From: Octopus sinensis
Lineage: Eukaryota
Direction of reading: 5' to 3'
DNA: 64,000 bases
Assembly: GCF_006345805.1 (NCBI RefSeq)
Contig: NC_043015.1
Span: forward strand, 744,001 to 808,000
Each line of letters begins with the position of its first letter. The first letter of the stretch is position 1. The notes below the pieces were generated by a model. The model saw only the letters and a program-made list of their open reading frames with translations. It was not told the DNA's origin and searched no databases. Both the position numbers and the translations under genes were made by a program. Shown here one piece after another: positions 56,723-64,000 of this stretch.

Positions 56723-57047
56723 GGAAAGCGCGTGGCTGAGTGGTTAGCGTATTAGGCTTGCGATCGTAGGGTCGCGAGATCGATTTCCAGCGACGCCTTG
56801 TGTCCTTGAGCAAGACACTTCATTTCACAGTGCTCCACTTCGCTCAGCTTTCGTAAATGAGTACTACCTTTATTTCAAAATGCCAACCTTGTCACACCAT
56901 GTTTCACATTCAATCTCCCTGCGAAATATGCGAAGGGCTACGCGTGTCTGTGGAGTTATCAGCCACTTGCTCGTTTATTTCATTGGCAATCTGTTCCGTT
57001 GATCGGATGAGCTGGAACCCTCGTCGTCGTAAGCGACGGAGTGTCAG
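56723..57047 (+). mobile_element. tRNA-derived SINE (family B/C type head with CORE-like domain)
   Basis: GCGCGTGGCTGAGTGGTTAGCG... head, TGTGTCCTTGAGCAAGACACTTCATTTCAC, and a tail shared with 51926-52100. Confidence 0.75.
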
Positions 57048-57248
57048 TCTTTTTTCTTTTTAATATTTTTCTTGCATATACATATACTAGACATAAGTTT
57101 GATAAAGTAAAAAATAGTGTCATTGAGACCCAGAGGTGTCAGGTAATGCTGAATAAGTGCTATAGACAGACAATAATTAAGTTCCAGATTCGGTAATATT
57201 GCGAATAAAGGGTTCAACGTTGGTTCTATGCCAGCGTGTCTATGTATA

Positions 57249-57460
57249 TTTTCTGCGTAATAAGATAAAGAAACCAAGGCTGTATAGATATTAGAACATT
57301 TATAGATAGAAGGTCTTACAGCTGTTTCTAGGATATTAGTTAATAATGTCCCTTCATCGGAGACGGTGTGAGAGGAAAGTTAAGTCATCGTTAGTTTAAA
57401 TATCTATAAATGCTCTAATATCTATACAGCCTTGGTTTATTTTATCTTATTACGCAAAAA
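57249..57460 (-). mobile_element. Penelope-like fold-back element: ~60-bp inverted arms enclosing a hammerhead motif
   Basis: Left arm 57249-57308 and right arm 57401-57460 are reverse complements with about 3 substitutions and 1 indel. The spacer holds the ribozyme motif on the minus strand. Confidence 0.7.
57313..57364 (-). ncRNA. minimal type-I hammerhead ribozyme-like motif
   Basis: Minus strand: GUCU-CCGAUGA-AGGGAC AUUA uuaac UAAU AUCCU-A-GAAAC-AGCU-GUA-AGAC. Stem I is GUCU/AGAC, stem III is the palindrome ACAGCUGU, and the cleavage triplet is GUA. Deviations: U4>C and one extra A before GAAA. Confidence 0.6.
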
Positions 57461-57980
57461 ATTCTTATGAACTACAAAATATAAATATCCGCACTACAAC
57501 GCTTGAAACGTACCTGTTTTAACTCTTTATCTTTTGATGGTGACCATAGTTTAATCAATAGGCGTAGGAGCGAGGTAAATGAAATAAAAAAGGGGATGGG
57601 GCATTTGCACTTCAGAAATTGAACCTCCTTACGATACTCCTTGAGAGTTCATGGTATGAAATTCACTGTCATTGCTCCAAGTTAGTCACCAATGACATAT
57701 ATTTAGTTTAAAATAGGGGGTGAGTGGGCCTTCATTTATGCGGACTTTTAAAACAAAATAGACCCCCTATGAAAATTTTCTGAGATTAGGGGAGTTGCTT
57801 GTTTGAGTTTCGTTGTGCTTCTACCAACGGTCTAGGAATATTTAACGAAGAGTAAAACGTAACGGAAAGAGAAACATCACTCAAGTTTATAATAATATAC
57901 ATATGTATATCTATATATATACAAATATATATATACATATATATATACACATATATATATACACATACATATATCTATGC

Positions 57981-58011
<31 letters not shown>

Positions 58012-59317
58012 CATACATGTATATATATATTTATATACACATATATATATATACATACATATATATATGCATACATATATATATATGTATATATATATAC
58101 ATACATGCATATATATATATATTTATATACACATATATATATATACATACATATATATATGCATATATATATATGTGTGTTTGTAGATAAGGATTTATAT
58201 TTGTATGTTTATACACACACACACACACACACACATACACATATATATATAACTTCGTCCATACACACACACATACATATAGTTCCTCTGAACAAACTTG
58301 TGCGAAGTAAGACTTACATGGACGTATGTGTGTTCGTATGTCCGAGTGTGGATTATATATGTAGGTGTATGTTTCTACATACCTATGTATGCACGTATAT
58401 ATAACGTAATTTTTTTTTTATAAAATATATAACAAGAAAAGAAATCTCTGCTTTCACTGCGATAAGAAAATCTGAGAAACAAAACTTAATATTGCAAAGC
58501 AAATAAAAAAAATAACATACACATAATACATAAATAAATACACATAAAAAAACTTTCAGGATAAAAAAAAATGCATAAAGAAAACGAAAAGAAACAGGAA
58601 TAAATAAAATATATAAAAAATCCGATGCAAAAGTACCATCCTCCATTTTATTGATATTGCAGTGTTCTAGAGAGAAAGCGAAATGTCTTATTCTATAGAT
58701 TTGAAACTCCCCTCTTCTTATTTAACACTGGTCTCAGACTTACGAGCAGTTTACATTATTCTTAAGTCACGTTTCCAGTAAAGATTCTTGCGTTGTATTG
58801 TTTAGTTGACCACCGAATCTCTATTGTATGGCAACACGCACGGGTTTGCAGGTGTAGGTCTCGGGAAAGATCTCAAAACTAGAACGCTTCGATGCAGTCT
58901 CACGCATTTGTGCGTGCAGTTTGAATAGTACGGGGGCCTAAGGGTTAAGAAGCGCTGCGTGCTTATGTGCACATGAATTACGCGTGTATCCAAAAATTTT
59001 GTGTATCAAGATGCATAAGGCTAAATATTCCCCTTGTGCCTGCTACATCAATCAATGTGGAAGTGTAAGCACGTATTTTTCTAGCGCCGTATCAAAACAT
59101 AGCTTTTAAAGTATTTTGTGTTTTCTCGCATTACTTTCGTTATTTTTATTTTATTTTAATTTATTTTATTTTATTTATTTTATCTTATTTTATTTTCACT
59201 AGATTTCTGTATTTATGTTTTATAGATTTTTTTTATTATTGTTTGGGTGTTGTGGGTGTAGGTTGTGGATAGGGTTTCTGCAATGAAAGAAGATAAAAGT
59301 AACACATACATATATAT

Positions 59318-59404
<87 letters not shown>

Positions 59405-59425
59405 GTATGTATACATATATGTATG

Positions 59426-59491
<66 letters not shown>

Positions 59492-59684
59492 ATATATATG
59501 TATGTATATATACGCACACATACCGGCAGAGAGAAATGCTTACTTATATAAGAATTAGGATACGATTGGCAAGTTAGAACATACACGTATGTATACTTAT
59601 CAAATAGAACAGTGAACATATGTAAAACCTGACGCTAATTTGCATATATATATGTATGAGTGTAACGAAATATATATACATACA

Positions 59685-59719
<35 letters not shown>

Positions 59720-60146
59720 GTATATATATATATATATGTGTATATATATATATATATGTGTGTATGTATGTATGTATGTATGTATGCATGCATGCATGTA
59801 TGTATATTATACAAGCGTGTGCGCTAGCTCGTGTATATTTTGGGTAGGGGTTGTTCTATTATATTCAAGTAACATTCCAACATTTCTACATCTTAACCTA
59901 TGAATGAAGGATTGAAGGATTAAGTAGGAAAGTGAAAGTACATTTCCAATCTGTACATTTAGGAAAGCAAACTTTCGATTCATTTATGCATTCTCCAGTT
60001 CTTGCGCTGTACACACCAACACACACACGCGCACACGCAGACACACACATACACAAACAATAATACATCTACAGATGTTATGGTTCTATATATGTTTCGA
60101 ATCTGAACATACTGCTTCGGACTTTTCGGATGATGATGCTGATCAA

Positions 60147-60200
<54 letters not shown>

Positions 60201-60201
<1 letters not shown>

Positions 60202-60670
60202 GTATAAAAGATGGGCTACAGCAAATATTCTGCTCAATACCACAAATTTGCTTGTCAGTTGTTTGACCTTAACCAGTTGAGCATGTCCCTTAGTGGCTGA
60301 CAATACGTGCATCTCTGATCACGAGCAGAAGTAGTGGGGGAGCATCATGGCCATGTGTTGAGAGGGATTCTTTGGAGTTTGAATAATTCACCTCTGGAAA
60401 CATAGGTGTTTCGTTCAACATCCTAAAGCAACCCTTATTCAGGGACCTTTTGAGCAGGATGGGCTACTCAACCTGAAGAAAATTCTAACTGGGCCCCACC
60501 TGCAAGGTCATGTGCTGTTTATTTTGATATGAGATTACCATGTCGCGCACATATGGTTGTGATGCATGTGCCTGGTGTACCTTTATCAGACGGGTAGTCA
60601 TGATGGGTATATTGGGCTTCGTATATTTTACCCCAGTGTCACTTTGATGGCATGAACTGCTCTCTCACTC
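60201..60670 (+). mobile_element. non-coding interspersed element flanked on both sides by (AAT)n
   Basis: About 470 bp of unique-looking sequence between (AAT)n tracts (60146-60200, 60671-60700). Homologous to 62950-63269, sharing the 3' end CTTCGTATATTTTACCCCA.TGTCACTT.GATGGCATG.ACT.CTC.CTCACTC(AAT)n. Confidence 0.7.
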
Positions 60671-60701
<31 letters not shown>

Positions 60702-60858
60702 GACGCAGGAGTGTTAAGTAATTTGTTTACCCTCCACATAGTTCCCGGTTCAGTCCCACTGCGTGGCACCTTGGACAGGTGTCTTCTACTGTAGCCTCCG
60801 GCCGACCAAAGCCTTCTGAGTGGATTTCGTAAATGGAAACTGAAAGAAGCCCGTCGTA

Positions 60859-60928
<70 letters not shown>

Positions 60929-61157
60929 TGTATGTGTATATGTTTGTGTGTCTGTGTCAACATCGCTTGACAATCAATACTGGTGTGTTTACGTCCCCGT
61001 AACACAGCGGTTCGGCAAAAGGCACCGATAAAATAAGTACTAGGCTTACAAAGAATAAATTCTGGGGTCGATTTGCTCGAGTAAAGGCGGCGCTCCATCA
61101 TGGCCGCAGTTAAATGACTGAAACAAGTAAATGTTTAAAATAGAGTGAAAAAGAGTA
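60702..61157 (+). mobile_element. SINE family A inserted in the (AAT)n tract
   Basis: Full head, (TA)n and 3' module, with (AAT)n on both sides. Confidence 0.85.
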
Positions 61158-61180
61158 ATAATAATACTAGTAATAATAAT

Positions 61181-61243
<63 letters not shown>

Positions 61244-61286
61244 AATAATAATTATAATAATAATAATAATAGTAATAATAATAATA

Positions 61287-61349
<63 letters not shown>

Positions 61350-61352
<3 letters not shown>

Positions 61353-62821
61353 GAATTTGGATTAGAAAAATGCGCCAAAGTAACCATGAAAAGAGGAAAA
61401 CTAGTTAAGAGTAACAACATCACACTAGATAAAACCAATGAAATAAAAGAATTAGACCAAAGCCAAACTTACAAATACTTAGGAATCCATGAACTAGATA
61501 AGACACAACACACACAAATGAAAGAGAAAATAAAAAAAGAATATTATAGACGAGTTAGATCAATACTAAAAACAGAGCTCAATGCTAAAAACAAGATAAT
61601 AGGTATCAACACTTTAGCTGTCCCAGTTATAAGTTACAGCTACAATATCCTTAACTGGACACGAACTGAACTGTCCAAAATAGATAGGAAAACAAGAAAA
61701 ATACTGACAGGATCTAGGATGCATCACCCAAAATCTGACATAGAAAGACTATATATACAACGTATAGAAGGTGGTAGAGGCCTTATACAGCTGGAAAACT
61801 ACTATAAAATAACCATCATAGGACTGCAAAAATACCTACTTCAGAAGGAAGGAAAACTGATCCAGATAGCAGCAAAACACGAGCAAAACAAAAAACTGTT
61901 CTCAGTATTTAAGGAAGCTGACAATACAAACAAGAAATCATACCACCTAATAAACACAAAGAAGAAGAAGAAGATGATGAAGAAACAACAAAAGCTATAA
62001 AACAAATGAAATCCAAACTAAAAATAGAACAGCAACGAGCCATGATAAAACGATGGCAAGAAAAGCCCCTTCATGGTAAATACTGCACTAAACTAAACGC
62101 AAAAGAAATAGACAAAGAAAAATCCCAGCAATGGTTGAGAAGCTCAGGACTCAAAGCAGAAACAGAGGGATTTTTAATTGCAGCACAAGACCAAAGCCTC
62201 CCCACCAGAAATTACCAAAAACATGTAATGAAAAGAAATATTACAAGTAACTGCAGAATATGTGGAGATGGACAAGAAACAATAAATCATATTATCTCTA
62301 GCTGCCCAGTGCTGGCTAAGAAGGAATATATTCACAGACATGACAGAGTTGGAACCTACATACATTGGAAGCTATGCCAACATTATGGAATAACAACAGA
62401 AAAAAGATGGTATAGGCACACACCAGATAAGGTCACAGAAAACGAGAAAGCAACCATACTCTGGGATATGCCGATACACACAGATAGAGAAATTAAGGCC
62501 AACAGACCAGATATAGTTGTCAGAGATCATGAAGAAAAAAAATGCTTTCTAATTGATGTATCAATACCGGCAGATGACAACGTGTCTCTAAAAGAAATGG
62601 AGAAACTCTCAAAATACAAAGACCTGGAAATAGAGGTAACTAGAATGTGGAACCTGAAAACAGAAACAATTCCTATCATAGTAGGTGCATTAGGCATGAT
62701 AAAAAAATATTCAGACAAATACATAACAAAAACACCAGGACTTACAAACACATATAACATACAGAAAATTGCACTACTAGGCACTGCACAAATCCTACGC
62801 AGAACACTTTCCATACAATAA
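61350..62821 (+). pseudogene. R4/Dong ORF 3' half, split by a single 1-nt deletion near 61923
   Basis: ORF 61350.. reads ...FKEAD. Restoring one A (GAC AA[A] TAC) joins in frame to YKQEIIPPNKHKEEEEDDEETTKAIKQ-MKSKLK (ORF 62006-62821) with no other stop. Confidence 0.85.
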
Positions 62822-62915
62822 CCATCAGAGCATCACAACAAATCACAGCACATACCCAAGGCACACAGAGCTGCGCTCGGTAGTGAAGTAAAAGCACGCT
62901 ATAAAAATAAAACTA

Positions 62916-62919
<4 letters not shown>
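61350..62919 (+). mobile_element. 5'-truncated R4/Dong-clade non-LTR retrotransposon (RT C-terminus, CCHC finger, restriction-like endonuclease, 3' UTR, (TAA)n tail)
   Basis: MEFGLEKCAK...YKYLGI (RT motifs 6-7), RGLI, LHG.Y, WLR...LKAETEGFLIAAQDQSLPTRNY, CRICGDGQETINHIISSCPVLAKKEYIHRHDRV, RPDIV...IDVSIP.D.NVSLKEMEKLSKYKDL, PIIVGALG. Embedded in (AAT)n, the established target of Dong-type elements. Confidence 0.9.
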
Positions 62920-62949
<30 letters not shown>

Positions 62950-62953
<4 letters not shown>

Positions 62954-63269
62954 TGGCTTTTTATCGTAACTGATTGGATGTGTTGTCATGGACATTGTTT
63001 TGCCTTGATATGAAAATGGGTTACAGCAAATATCTGCACAGTACTACAGATTTGAATATCAGTGGGTTGACCTTAGCCAGATGAGCATACCTCTTGTTGA
63101 TACATGTGCAACTCTTATTAAAAGCAGGAGTAGTAAAGGAGGATCGTAGTTATGTGTTGAGAGGAAGTCTTTAGTATTTTAATTGATTACCACTAGTCAT
63201 GATGAGTATTTTGTGCTTCGTATATTTTACCCCACTGTCACTTCGATGGCATGCACTTCTCCCTCACTC
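62950..63269 (+). mobile_element. older, internally deleted copy of the (AAT)n-flanked element
   Basis: Homology to 60201-60670 at both ends (GATATGAAAATGGGTTACAGCAAATAT...; ...CCCTCACTC(AAT)n); extends further 5' than that copy. Confidence 0.65.
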
Positions 63270-63284
63270 AATAATAATAATAAA

Positions 63285-64000
63285 ATCTCTACACAGCGTC
63301 TCAATCAAGAAATAAATAGAACAACACAGCAAATCAATGATACACATAGACAGGCGAATACTGAAGCAGGAAACAAGAACAACAAAATACCACAAGCCAT
63401 AACTGACAAGCTCTAATCGAGGACAGAGATGAAAACACTCAAGAAACAACAAAAGTAGATGAAGAACTAATCATCAAACAATCGATAAGTATAGACAAGC
63501 GTAAGCGTCTCCCCAGGCTACAAAAAAGTAAATAGCTCTATGAAAGGATAAATAGATACAACAGAGCCTTACTAGTAATCATGACCATATTAAAAGTTAC
63601 ACTAGATGTCAATAAATTAAATAACTCAATCTACTCACCAGCGATATCTAGGGAAACTGCTCTTGACCCTTACAAGGAAAAAATAATACCTGCCAAATCT
63701 GAAACTCCATAAGGGAAAGTGATCGTAATAAATAAAATTCAAAAAAAATGAAAGGTTTATCAACACTTTGTTAATTAAAGAAAAAGGATATCAAATATGA
63801 AAAGTATAGCAAAATGCACATAGAAAATAAAGCAGATACCTGGGTGGTAAAAAATAAATTAAACGGCATAGCAGCAAGATACTTACCGCATAAAATGGTA
63901 TGAAAACTGGAACGCTTCTTGTAACAAAAGTGAGAATTCGAAATAAACAAAACAAGTTTTTATAGAAAGTTAAATAAAAAAATAGACTATATCAGTAGCT
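63285..64000 (+). pseudogene. decayed N-terminal region of an older R4/Dong-like ORF, running off the window
   Basis: Peptides IDKRKRLPRLQK..., INRYNRAL..., NKLNNSIYSPA, KNKLNGIAA, RIKWYE and EFEINKTSFYRKL match the pre-RT region pattern of R4-clade ORFs (LP.L...IN..IY.AA...KL.A...RI.RY...QN..F..N.K.FYR.L). Many stops. Confidence 0.55.

Noticed and set aside
57990-58170. ~88-bp tandem duplication within TA-rich sequence
   Set aside because: Ordinary slippage or unequal exchange in low-complexity DNA; no further structure.

Overview
AT-rich eukaryotic genomic DNA, most likely an octopus/cephalopod intergenic or intronic region. This is inferred from the microsatellite load and the tRNA-derived SINE types and has not been checked against a database. 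No host protein-coding gene, rRNA, true tRNA or CRISPR array can be supported, and most ORFs in the supplied track are translations of simple repeats. The window is a transposon mosaic. It holds about 17 copies or fragments of one composite tRNA-head SINE (family A), two head-to-tail multimers of a second tRNA-head SINE (family M), and three other tRNA-head SINEs. It also holds an RTE 3' fragment, CR1-like fragments, a decayed DD37D (maT) Tc1/mariner transposase, a Helitron helicase remnant and an ORF1-only Tx1/L1-like element. At the right end, R4/Dong-clade LINEs and a non-coding partner element are piled up in (AAT)n arrays. The most interesting signals are four. (1) Two small elements carry minimal type-I hammerhead-ribozyme motifs with palindromic stem III and an inverted copy of their own tail, i.e. 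Penelope-like architecture (53757-54004, 57249-57460). (2) SINE multimers have identical junctions at two loci, and their tail resembles the 3' end of the ORF1-only Tx1-like element. (3) The (AAT)n-targeted insertion cluster. (4) A 1.3-kb (CAT)n/(GAT)n fold-back. There is a 100-N assembly gap at 15881-15980.
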